This document shows, piece after piece, positions 35,002-45,987 of a stretch of 64,000 bases of DNA. This stretch comes from Paramoeba atlantica (lineage: Eukaryota; Protista; Discosea), in contig CDRNVI010000158.1 of assembly GCA_977017575.1 (NCBI GenBank), positions 1 through 64,000 on the forward strand, read 5' to 3'. Every line of letters starts with the position of its first letter. Within the stretch, counting starts at the first letter, position 1. The position numbers and the translations under genes are program-made. The notes under the pieces are model-generated. The model was not told where the DNA came from and made no database searches. It worked only from the letters and a program-made list of their open reading frames with translations.

Positions 35002-35619
35002 TCAAATGCGGTCATGAATGGAACGTAAAGGAGTGAGAGATGGATTGGATTGATATATCAGTTCTTTGACCTCATCATATTCGTGAAACCCTCCAGTAAA
35101 GTTACCAATTATCCTTTTAACAGAACGTTCATAACGAAAATCTTTCGAACCATCCCCTTTCTCAATCCACCATTGAACATCCAAAATGAGTGGATTGAAC
35201 GACAAACTTTCAAACCATTTTGAAGCTCGAGGAAAAGCTTCAGGGTCTTTTGGACCTGGATAACTCTGATATGGAAGATCATCTCTTTTCAAAAAATAAA
35301 CCTCTCCATTTTTGTCTTTTGATTTCAGAAGGCTCATGAAATCCTTATTTCGCCACATTTCAGGATAAGGACCTGGTTGTCGTTCAGCATCTTTTCGATG
35401 GATCTCGGTTTTTGGAAAAACCCAAGTTTTTTTGGATCCAAAGAAAAACAGAGACTGTTTCAAAACTTCTGGAGGGACTTTTTTCCATTCGAGAAAGAAT
35501 CGTGATGCACTGATAAAAACAAAACGATACTGAGAGTCGTTTTTGCCTTTTTCTTTCTTTTTGTCATCCACTTCTTCTTCTTCTCCTTTCGTTTCTTCCC
35601 TTCCCTTTTCTTCGTCCAT
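35002..35619 (-). CDS. Hypothetical protein
   Basis: 205-aa ORF with globular composition after an acidic N-terminus; no recognised motif. Confidence 0.6.
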   Translation of the reverse strand: MDEEKGREETKGEEEEVDDKKKEKGKNDSQYRFVFISASRFFLEWKKVPPEVLKQSLFFFGSKKTWVFPKTEIHRKDAERQPGPYPEMWRNKDFMSLLKSKDKNGEVYFLKRDDLPYQSYPGPKDPEAFPRASKWFESLSFNPLILDVQWWIEKGDGSKDFRYERSVKRIIGNFTGGFHEYDEVKELIYQSNPSLTPLRSIHDRI

Positions 35620-35812
35620 CAAAACGAGTCAGCCCAAACACAAAAGAATGAAAAAACAAAAAAAACAAAACAAAAAAAAAAATGAACACTACCTTAACAA
35701 AAACACCACCCACCACAAAAACTGGAGCATAAAACAGGTTTTTTTGAAAAGTCTCTTTTTTTCGGTGAATCTTTTTTTTTCGTTTTCCAAGAGAGCGAGT
35801 GGCTATTTCAAG

Positions 35813-37335
35813 ATGGCTGACTTTTATGAGAAACTTAAAGCAATGAGTCAAATGGGTGAGATGTTGGGGATGGGAGGGATTGGGATGAAATATAAAGGTA
35901 AATACATGTCCCCTTTTACAATCGCTGAGCTCCCAACAAAGGAAGAAAGACTGAAGGAATATTCGCTTGTCTTTTCTGCCTTTCCTGACGAGATTGAAAG
36001 CAACATTGAAAACCCTCCTGATGATGTACTTGATGATTCTTTTGGAGAATTTTTGGAAATATGGGTTGTCAGAATGAGAAGTGAGTTTGGAAGCGGGAAA
36101 CAATTTACAGAAGAGAATATGCAAGCGGGTGTGATTGAGAATCTTCTGATTCCCTGTCTTGATCATCCAACGAAATACCTCGCTCCTTATTCGTTTATGG
36201 CGTTGACTGCAGCCGCGAGTGAATATCAAGAAGCAAGAAGAAGAATTATGGCTGTCAAGGATACTTGGTTCAAGAGAGCCTGTTTGATTCTCAGGGAAGG
36301 GATGGTCACTGAGATTAATGGGGCCAGGTTTGTCGTTTTTCTTTGCTTTTTTTGTTTTTTGTTTTTTGTTTTTTGTTTTTTGTTAGATCTTGGGGAGAAT
36401 TTTTTTTGAGTTTCTCTTTTGTTCTTTTATTTTGTTCTTTTTTTTATTCTGAATCATATTTTTTTTTGTCCAGTGCCTTATTCTATGTTCTCCTCCAATA
36501 TTCTCCTTGGAGACAACAATTCACACCAGAAGAAAAAAAACTCTGTATTCAGGTTTTCTTCTTTCGTAAAGTCTTTTTGTGGACTCATCTTCTCCTTTTT
36601 TTATTTATTATTATTACTAATTTTTTCATCCCCCTCTTTGATGAAGAGTTTAAGAGTTGCAGAGAAGTTTAAATTGAAACAGTTTCTCAAGGAAGTCGCG
36701 AATCCACAAGGCGATCCCCACCCTTTCCAACGAAGGGGAGAAGAAATGTGGCCACATCTCCAGGTTTTTGGTTTTTTCCTCTTCTCTCTCCCTTTTGGGT
36801 TATTTTGTTTTGTTGTAGAGTTTTTTTTTAAGAGATTGAATTTTTAGGGAGGGTGGTTTGAGGGGTCAATTATTTTGGGAGATGTTTTTTAAAAAACTGA
36901 CTTTTTCTCTCCATTTTTTATTTTACAAAATGAAGACAGATATTATTTATCCCATGGGAGGAGTGAAGAAAATGAAAGAGATGGGACCAGATTATGTGCA
37001 GAACTTGAACCTACTTGCAATTAGGTCAATTGGGATGTTGGAGGGTCGAATTCCCATTGATCATGATGATGCTATTTCACTTGATGAGGTTTTTATTATG
37101 TTTCATTTCTAAAAAATTAATCAAGGACCACAATTAATAGTAATTATTAATTAATTATCCTTCCATTTTTTTAAAATCGATGAAATTTAAACAGGTACCA
37201 AGATGTAGTGCTTGTTCCTCGATGAATCCCTCAAAAAAATGTGCTTGTCAGGAAGCAAGATATTGTAACCAAACTTGCCAAAGAGTTCATTGGAGGGTTC
37301 ATAAAAACACATGTGCAGCAAGAAAAAAGAAATAA
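35813..37335 (+). CDS. Multi-exon protein with C-terminal MYND zinc finger
   Basis: ATG 35813. Last exon (~37195-37335) reads RCSACSSMNPSKKCACQEARYCNQTCQRVHWRVHKNTC. Confidence 0.85.
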
Positions 37336-37601
37336 TTCAAGCAAGATTTTTGAATGATATTTTGTTGGTGGGGAAAGATTCTCACCAAAAAAGTTCTGAA
37401 AACAAAAAAAATTAAATTAAAAGAGTACCCTTTTTGAAGAAGAGGAATCTGATCATGAGAGAGAGGATCTCTCGTGAACCCCTCCTCCACCCCTTTTATT
37501 GTTTTGTTGTTTTAATTGAGAAAAGGAAAAAGAAAAAATGGAAGGAGAGGAGGGAGGAAGAGGGAAAATAAAATAAAATCTTCCCTTTTGATTTTGAAAC
37601 T

Positions 37602-38192
37602 TTAACTTTTTGCTGGTTTAATGTTTACCATGTTCGCCACCTCAACCTGAACTCTGACAAAACCAGCATCATTTGGATATGAGATTACAGCTGGATACAA
37701 AGTTTCTTTCCATTCAAGCAAATAAGGGAAAGATCCCAAATCTCTTCCATTTAAAATGAAAGACATCTCACCATTTTCACTCAAGTTAACCTCAATCACA
37801 TCCCCAACCCGAACGTGATGGTTTGGTTGGATTTCTTTCACTTTCTTTTGTTGATGGGAGAAAACACTGTAACCCCAAGTAGCCCAAAATGCAAGAGCCC
37901 AGCCTTTCGATGCACCCCAACAAGGCCAATTGTTATCTAATTGTTCTCTTGGGGCCACACCAACCGAGAGACTTGGCCCTCCGCTCCCACCAAATGGACC
38001 TAAAAAAATGAAAAGAATATTATTTTAGAGAAGGAAAACAAAAAGGGACATCTCCCTCAGATCGAGCTAACCTATACTCTTGACTCGAACAGTCCAATGA
38101 TAAGAGTTTCCTTTTTCAAGAGGGAACTCAGTGATGATCAAACCATTCTGACGAGACTTGAGCGATTTGGTCCAATCACAATCACCTGCCAT
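37602..38192 (-). CDS. Stand-alone SPRY-domain protein, inverted and most divergent copy
   Basis: Exon 1 MAGDCDW..EFPLEKGNSYHWTVRVKSIG; exon 2 SLSVGVAP..GDVIEVNLSENGEMSFILNG.DLG..LYPAV..NIKPAKS. Confidence 0.8.
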
Positions 38193-38306
38193 TTCCCAAA
38201 ACAAAAATTATTTGGAAAACGAGAACCCAAAAAGAGAGAAGAAGAAAGAGAGAGAACGGTTATTTTTCGTTTTCGCTTTCGGCGATTTTGTGTTGGGGAG
38301 TTGTTG

Positions 38307-38889
38307 ATGAGCGGTGACAAGTGGGAGAAGGAAAGGAACCGAGCGGGGTTTGATCGTCAAAGAGTTCCCTCTTGAAAAAGGAAACTCTTATCATTGGACC
38401 ATTCGGATCAAGGTGGCGTCGGAGACTGGTGAGAGTTTCTTTCTTCTCGCCTTTCCCTCTCCCGACCACAACATTCATTCTCTGATTTGAAGAGTTTTTA
38501 CAGTTTTTTTAGGAGCGAGCCGTGGGCCAGCTTTATCAGTTGGTGTGGCTCCAATACACCAAAAAGTAACTGAATTTCCTGTTTGGGGTGCATCTCAAGG
38601 CTGGGCTCTTGCATTTTGGGGTACTTGGGGTTACAGTGTTTTCTCCCACCAAAAAACCAAAGTGAAAGAAATCCAACCAAACCATCATGTTCAGGTTGGG
38701 GATGTGATTGAGGTTAACTTGAGTGGAAATGGTGAGATGTTATTCATTTTAAATGGAAAAGATTTGGGATCTTTCCCTTATTTGCTTGAATGGAACGAAA
38801 CTTTGTATCTGATTGTTTTCTCTTATGGTGGAGCGAAAGTCGAGCTCGAAAGGGACCGTGTTGTGAACATTAAGGCAGCCAGAAGGTGA
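38307..38889 (+). pseudogene. SPRY array copy 1, +1 frameshift in exon 1
   Basis: GAGCGGGGTTT against GAGCGGGTTT in sister copies gives an early stop (RAGFDRQRVPS*). Confidence 0.75.
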
Positions 38890-39259
38890 GATAACACAGA
38901 CAGAGGAAAGTTCATCTTTGAAAATAATATTTGTTATTTGAAGGGGGGGTGGAGATTATTCTTTCTTGGTTTGGAATTTCACGCCGTGATTCTGTCATTT
39001 GAACAGGAGTTTGATTTGCATTGTGATGGTGCGCCAAACTGGAACCCTTTCGTCAATTAATTTGCATTTGAATCACACTGAAAATTTCATTCTGTAAAAA
39101 TGAACAAAAAAGTTTAGAATGTCAAAACAAGAATAGATAAACATTAGCCAAAATGAAAACAAGTTTTTTCCGAACGAGAAAAACAACACCTCAAAACCCC
39201 ACAAAATTTTTGTTGTTTTTCGTTTTATTTTTGTGTTTGGGGACAGTTCTGAGTTCTTG

Positions 39260-39834
39260 ATGAGCGGTGACAAGTGGGAGGAGACTCTGTATGAAAGGGG
39301 TTTGATCGCCAAAGAGTTCCCTCTTGAAAAAGGAAACTCTTATCATTGGACCGTTCGAGTCAAGGAGGCTGGTGAGATTTTTTCTTTCTTCTCCTTTCCC
39401 TCCGCCCTCCCAACCAACCACAACGTTAAATTCTCTGATTGAAGAGTTTTACAGGAAATAGCCAACATGGGCCAGCTTTATCAGTTGGTGTGGCTCCAAT
39501 ACACCAAAAAGTAACTGAATTTCCTGTTTGGGGTGCATCTCAAGGCTGGGCTCTTGCACTTTGGGCTACTTGGGGTTACAGTGTTTTCTCCCACCAAAAA
39601 ACCAAAGTGAAAGAAATCCAACCAAACCATCAAGTTCAGGTTGGGGATGTGATTGAGGTTAACTTGAGTGAAAATGGTGAGATGTCATTCATTTTAAATG
39701 GAAAAGATTTGGGATCTTTCCCTTATTTGCTTGAATGGAACGAAACTTTGTATCCAGTTGTTTTCTCCTATGGTCGAGCGTCAGTTGAGCTCGAAAGGGA
39801 CCATGTTGTGAACATTAAACCAGCCAAAAGATGA
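39260..39834 (+). CDS. SPRY array copy 2
   Basis: Two exons (donor G|GTGAG, acceptor TTTTACAG|), ~165 aa, ends NIKPAKR. Confidence 0.85.
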
Positions 39835-40110
39835 AACAACACAGGCAGAGGAAAGTTCATCTTTGCAAATAGTATTTGTTTTTTGAAAGGGGGGAAGAAG
39901 GGAGAGGGGGGTGGAGATTAATCTTTTTTGGTTTCATCGACGATTCCTTTCATTTGAACAGGAGTTTGATTTGCGTTGTGGTGGCACACACAAAAAACAA
40001 ATTCTCAGAAAATTTTTTGAACGAGAAAAACAACACCTCAAAACCTCCCAAAAAATTTTTGTTGTTTTTTTCGTTTTATTTTTGTGTTTGGGGACAGTTC
40101 TGAGTTCTTG

Positions 40111-40684
40111 ATGAGCGGTGACAAGTGGGAGGAGACTCTGTATGAAAGGGGTTTGATCGCCAAAGAGTTCCCTCTTGAAAAAGGAAACTCTTATCATTGG
40201 ACCGTTCGGGTCAAGGAGGCTGGTGAGATTTTCTTTCTTCTCCTTTCCCTCCACCCTCCCAACCAACCACAACGTTCAATTCTCTGATTTGAAGAGTTTT
40301 ACAGGAAAGAGCCAACATGGGCCAGCTTTATCAGTTGGTGTGGCTCCAAAATATCAAAATGTAGATGTGTGGCCTTGTTGGGGTGCATCTCAAGGTTGGG
40401 CTCTTGCATTTTGGGGTACTTGGGGTTACGGTGTTTTCTCCCACCAAAAAACCAAAGTGAAAGAAATCCAACCAAACCATCAAGTTCAGGTTGGGGATGT
40501 GATTGAGGTTAACTTGAGTGGAAATGGTGAGATGTCATTCATTTTAAATGGAAAAGATTTGGGATCTTTCCCTTATTTGCTTGAATGGAAAGAAACTTTG
40601 TATCCGATTGTTTTCTCTTATGGTGGAGCGAAAGTCGAGCTCGAAAGGGACCGTGTTGTGAACATTAAGGCAGCCAGAAGGTGA
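40111..40684 (+). CDS. SPRY array copy 3
   Basis: Same two-exon structure; ends NIKAARR. Confidence 0.85.
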
Positions 40685-41072
40685 GATAACACAGACAGAG
40701 GAAAGTTCATCTTTGAAAATAATATTTGTTGTTTTTTGAAGGGGGGGTGGAGATTATTCTTTCTTGGTTTGGAATTTCACGCCGTGATTCCGTCATTTGA
40801 ACAGGAGTTTGATTTGCGTTGTGGTGGTGCTCCAAACTGGAACCCTTTCGTCAATTTTTGCATCACAATCACACTGAATATTTCATTCTGTAAAACTGAA
40901 CAAAAACAAAACAAGAATAGATAATTAGAATCATTTCAATGAAACTCAATTTCAACTTTCCTCAAGCACCCAAAAATGAAAAACAAGTTTTTCCGAACGA
41001 GAAAAACACCTCCCAAAAAATTTTTGTTGTTTTTCGTTTTATTTTTGTGTTTGGGGGAGTTCTGAGTTCTTG

Positions 41073-41641
41073 ATGAGCGGTGACAAGTGGAAGAAGGAAA
41101 GGAACCGAGCGGGTTTGATTGTCAAAGAGTTCCCTCTTGAAAAAGGAAACTCTTATCATTGGACCATTCGAGTCAAGGAGATTGGTGAGATTTTCTTTCT
41201 TCTCCTTTCCCTCCACCCAACCAACCTCAACCGTTCATTCTCTGATTGAAGAGTTTTACAGGAAAGAGCCAACATGGGCCAGCTTTATCAGTTGGTGTGG
41301 CTCCAATACATCAACAAGTAGATGAATGGCCTTGTTGGGGTGCATCTAAAGGTTGGGCTCTTGCATTTTGGGGTACTTGGGGTTACGGTGTTTTCTCCCA
41401 CCAAAAAACCAAAGTGAAAGAAATCCAACCAAACCATCACGTTCGGGTTGGGGATGTGATTGAGGTTAACTTGAGTGGAAATGGCGAGATGTCATTCATT
41501 TTGAATGGAAAAGATTTGGGACCTTTCCCTTATTTGCTTGAATGGAAAGAAACTTTGTATCCGATTGTTTTCTCTTATGGTGGAGCGAAAGTCGAGCTCG
41601 AAAGGGACCCTGTTGTGAACATCAAACCAGCCAAAAGGTGA
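41073..41641 (+). CDS. SPRY array copy 4
   Basis: Same structure; ends NIKPAKR. Confidence 0.85.
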
Positions 41642-42039
41642 GATAACACAGGCAGAGGAAAGTTCATCTTTGAAAATAGTATTTGTTGTTTTTTGAAGGG
41701 GGGGTGGAGATTATTCTTTCTTGGTTTGGAATTTCACGCCGTGATACCACCGTTTGAACAGGAGTTTGATTTGCATTGTGGTGGTGCGCCAAACTGGAAC
41801 CCTTTCGTCAATTTTTGCATCACAATCACACTGAATATTTCATTCTGTAAAACTGAACAAAAAAGTTTAGAATGTCAAAACAAGAATAGATTAAAATTAG
41901 AATCATTTCAATGAAACTCAATTTCAACTTTCCTCGAACACCCAAAAATGAAAAAAAAGTTTTTTCCGAACGAGAAAAACAACACCCCAAAAAAAATTTT
42001 CGTTTTATTTTTGTGTTTGGGAACAGTTCTGAGTTCTTG

Positions 42040-42607
42040 ATGAGCAGTGACAAGTGGGAGAAGGATCTGGATGAAGGGGGTTTGATCGCCAAAGAGTTCC
42101 CTCTTGAAAAAGGAAACTCTTATCATTGGATCGTTCGGATCAAGGAGGCTGGTGAGATTTTCTTTCTTCTCCTTCCCTCCACCCTCCCAACCAACCACAA
42201 CGTTCATTCTCTGATTGAAGAGTTTTACAGGAGGGATCCATGGGACAGCTTTATCAGTTGGTGTGGCTCCAATACATCAAAAAGTAGATAAATGGCCTCG
42301 TTGTGGTGCATCTCAAGGTTGGGCTCTTGCATTTTGGGCTCCTTGGGGTTACAGTGTTTTCTCCCATCAAGAAAAGAAAGTGAAAGAAATCCAACCAAAC
42401 CATCACGTTCGGGTTGGGGATGTGATTGAGGTTAACTTGAGTGAAAATGGTGAGATGTCATTCATTTTAAATGGAAAAGATTTGGGACCTTTCCCTTATT
42501 TGCTTGAATGGAACGAAACTTTGTATCCGATTGTTTTCTCAGCTAGCCAAGCGAAAGTCGAGCTCGAAAGGGACCGTGTTGTGAACATTAAACCAGCAAA
42601 AAAGTGA
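42040..42607 (+). CDS. SPRY array copy 5
   Basis: Same structure; ends NIKPAKK. Confidence 0.85.
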
Positions 42608-43124
42608 GATAACACAGACAGATGAAGTTCATCTTTGAAAATAATAGTTTATTCAATTGTTTTTTTGTTTTTTGAAGGGGGGAGGATTTTGGAGGGGGGT
42701 TGGATGAGGAAAAGAAGGGAGAGAGGGGGGGTGGGGATTAATCTTTCTTGGTTTCATCGACGATTCCTTGTGCGGAAGTAACAACAAATTTGGAATATGA
42801 ACGGGAGTTTGATTTGCGTTGTGGTGCTGCTCCAAACTGGAACCCTTTCGTCAATTAATTTGCATCGCAATCACACTGAAAATTCCTTTCTGTCACGCGC
42901 TGTCGCACACACAAAAAACAAAATAGTTTAGTATTGAGAAATATTTTTGTGTGTGTCAAAACAAGAAAAAATTAAAATTTTTCTCATTTCAAAGAAACTC
43001 AATCTCAACTTCCCTCGAGCACCCAAAATGAAAAACAATTTTTTTGAACGAGAAACACAACACCTCAAAACCCCACAAAATTTTTGTTGTTTTTCGTTTT
43101 ATTTTTTGTGTTTGGGGGTTGTTG

Positions 43125-43691
43125 ATGAGCGGTGACAAGTGGGAGAAAACGAGCCGAGCGGGTTTGCTTGTCAAAGAGTTCCCTCTTGAAAAAGGAAACT
43201 CTTATCATTGGACCGTTCGAGTCAAGGAGATTGGTGAGATTTTCTTTCTTCTCCTTTCCCTCCACCCTCCCAACCAACCTCAACCGTTCATTCTCTGATT
43301 GAAGAGTTTTACAGGAAAGAGCCAACATGGGCCAGCTTTATCAGTTGGTGTGGCTCCAATTCATGAAGTAAGTTCTTGGCCTTGTTGGGGTGCATCTCAA
43401 GGCTGGGCTCTTGCATTTTGGGGTACTTGGGGTTACAGTGTTTTCTCCCACCAAAAAACCAAAGTGAAAGAAATCCAACCAAACCATCACGTTCAAGTTG
43501 GGGATGTGATTGAGGTTAACTTGAGTGGAAATGGCGAGATGTCATTCATTTTAAATGGAAAAGATTTGGGACCTTTCCCTTATTTGCTTGAATGGAAAGA
43601 AACTTTGTATCCGATTGTTTTCTCTTACCGTGGAGCGACAGTTGAGCTCGAAAGGGACCCTGTTGTGAACATTAAGCCAGCCAAAAGGTGA
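43125..43691 (+). CDS. SPRY array copy 6
   Basis: Same structure; ends NIKPAKR. Confidence 0.85.
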
Positions 43692-43797
43692 AACAACACA
43701 GGCAGAGGAAAGTTCATCTTTGAAAATAATAGTTTATTCAATTGTTTTTTGTTTTTTGAAGGGGGGAGGGGAAGAAGGGAGAGAGGGGGGGTGGGGA

Positions 43798-45566
43798 TTA
43801 ATCTTTCTTGGTTTCATCGACGATTCCTTGTGCGGAAGTAACAACAGATTTGGAATATGAACGGGAGTTTGATTTGCGTTGTGGAGCTGCTCCAAACTGG
43901 AACCCTTTCGTCAATTTTTGCATCGCAATCACACTGAAAATTCCTTTCTGTAAAAATGTGGCACACACAAAAAACAAAATAGTTTAGTATTGAGAAATAT
44001 TTGTGTGTGTCAAAACAAGAAAAAATTAAAATTAAAAGAATCATTTTAAAAAAAAAAAGGTTTTTTAACCCTCAACTTTCGGCGAGCATTGAACTTCTTC
44101 AATTCTGTAATGGCAGTACCCAGAACTTCAGTTCGAGTATTGGAGGAAATCCACTTGTGGTTTAAAACATCTTCTGATGAAAATCGTTTCTTTGGGTCCA
44201 AAACAAGGAGGTTATCGATCAAATCTCTGGCTATTCACTTTGTTTAAAAAGAGTTGGGTTACGGAGCTTTTATATTTCTTCGAACCACATGTGGTTTCTT
44301 GAAAGATAATCATTTTTGATAAATTTAGACTCAAAAAAACAATAACACAAAATGACTTACCATCAGCAGAAATTCCATCCCAATAAGGAGAAGGATACTC
44401 GAAATAACCATCACAGATCTTGTCATAAATTTCGTCATCATCTTCACCATAAAATGGGGGGAAACCACAGAGAAGGATATACATAATGACTCCAACTCCC
44501 CAAAGATCAACTTCTTCGGTATATCCTTCGCCTGTATCCAAAGTCTCGAGAACTTCTGGTGCTGTATGGTGGGTGTTGAGGAAAAAAAAAAGAATTTTGA
44601 AGTCAGAAAGGAGAGAAAAAGGGGAGAAAAAGAGGGGAAAAAGAGGAAAAACCAAGGTAGCCAGGAGTTCCAACAGCGCGAAAGAGGCGCTTTCCTTCTG
44701 GGAGAATGGCAGAAAGTCCAAAATCAGTAATCAATACATTCGCATCTGGATCTTTTGATGATAACAACAAATTCTCTGGCTGTTTTTGTTACAATTAATT
44801 TTTTTGATTAGGAGGAGAAAATGAAATTTTGTTGAAAATTGTGTCAAAAAAGGAGAGAGGGGAGGAAAAAAAAAACCTTCAAATCTCGATGAACAACTTG
44901 CTTTGAGTGTAAATGTTGAACTCCCAAAATAATCTTCTTGACAATTTCGGAGGCATCCTTTTCAGAGTAATGAACTAACTCGACAATTCGATCAAATAAT
45001 TCACCACCTGTGATCAATTGAAGCACCAAAAAATATTCTGTCTCTGTTTCATACAAGTCTGCCAATTTGACCACCTTCAATTTTGTTTTTTTGTTTTGTA
45101 TCAGAAAAAGGAGAGAGATGATTCCTGAAAAAGAAAAATCAAAAAGAAAGAAAGAGAAACGTGAGGATGATTAACGCGCTTCAAAATCTCAATCTCAATA
45201 TCGATGATCTCTTTTTTCCGAGGATTGTCCTTCTCTTTGTTCATGATTTTTACAGCAAATTGTTCTCCTGTTTTGACGTGTGTTCCCAATTTCACTTCAG
45301 AAAAGGTTCCACTGGAAAAATCAAGAAAAAATTAATTTCATTTCATTCATTTTTGTAACTTTGAATGTGAGGGAGGTGGTTGGTTTGAGGGGGATCAAAA
45401 TATTTGTTCTGTGGGGGAATCATAATAAAAAAATGAATCCTTCCCTTCCTTTGGGTTGAAAGAAAAAAAAATACCTTCCAAGAGTACTGGAAATCTTAAA
45501 ATCATCATGAATGGGGTGTTTTTTTGTCTCATAAGGAGTGATTGGAACTTTTGGATCAGAAGCCAT
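43798..45566 (-). CDS. CaMK-family Ser/Thr kinase with C-terminal calmodulin-binding segment
   Basis: ATG 45566. Motifs FAVKIMNK, GGELFDRIV, VHRDLK|PENLL, DFG, VGTPGY, VDLWGVGVIMYILLCGFPPFY; regulatory FNARRKLR|KGIFSVIAMQKL. Last exon 43798-43947. Confidence 0.95.
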
Positions 45567-45987
45567 TGGATGAGAGTGGTTGTGATGTGTACAAGGAAAG
45601 TCAAAAACCACAAAAAAGAAACAAGCCAGAAAAACAAAAAACGCTCATTTGTGACATCACAATTTTAGTTTCCGCTTTTGATTTTTATTTCCTGCGAATC
45701 TTTGGATAAAAAAACTCGTATTCGTAGTAATTTTTAGAAGGTGAAAAAATCTTTTTTATTGTTAAAATTATATCCAAAAAATTGAAGTTCTTTTTATTTT
45801 TATTACTGAATGAAAAACCAATAAATTCTTTTTTACAAAAAGTCTCTATTACTTTGATCTTTTTTTTTTCCGAACAAAAACACAGAAAAAAAGAAAGCAC
45901 GCAGAATTTTCGTTTTGCCACTTTTTTAAAAAAAGAGAAGAGAAAAAAGAAGAGGAAAAGAAGAAGAGAGAGAGAGAGAGAGGAATC

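Larger units (their letters stand above)
38230..43990 (+). repeat. Tandem array of six ~0.85-1.1 kb units (SPRY gene plus antisense copy of the CaMK last exon)
   Basis: Recurrent blocks such as atgagcggtgacaagtgg, gaaagttcatctttgaaa, ggagtttgatttgc and ccaaactggaaccctttcgtcaatt. Confidence 0.95.

Noticed and set aside
38230-43990. Repeat array as CRISPR or satellite
   Set aside because: Units are ~1 kb and protein-coding; there are no short repeat-spacer units and no cas genes.
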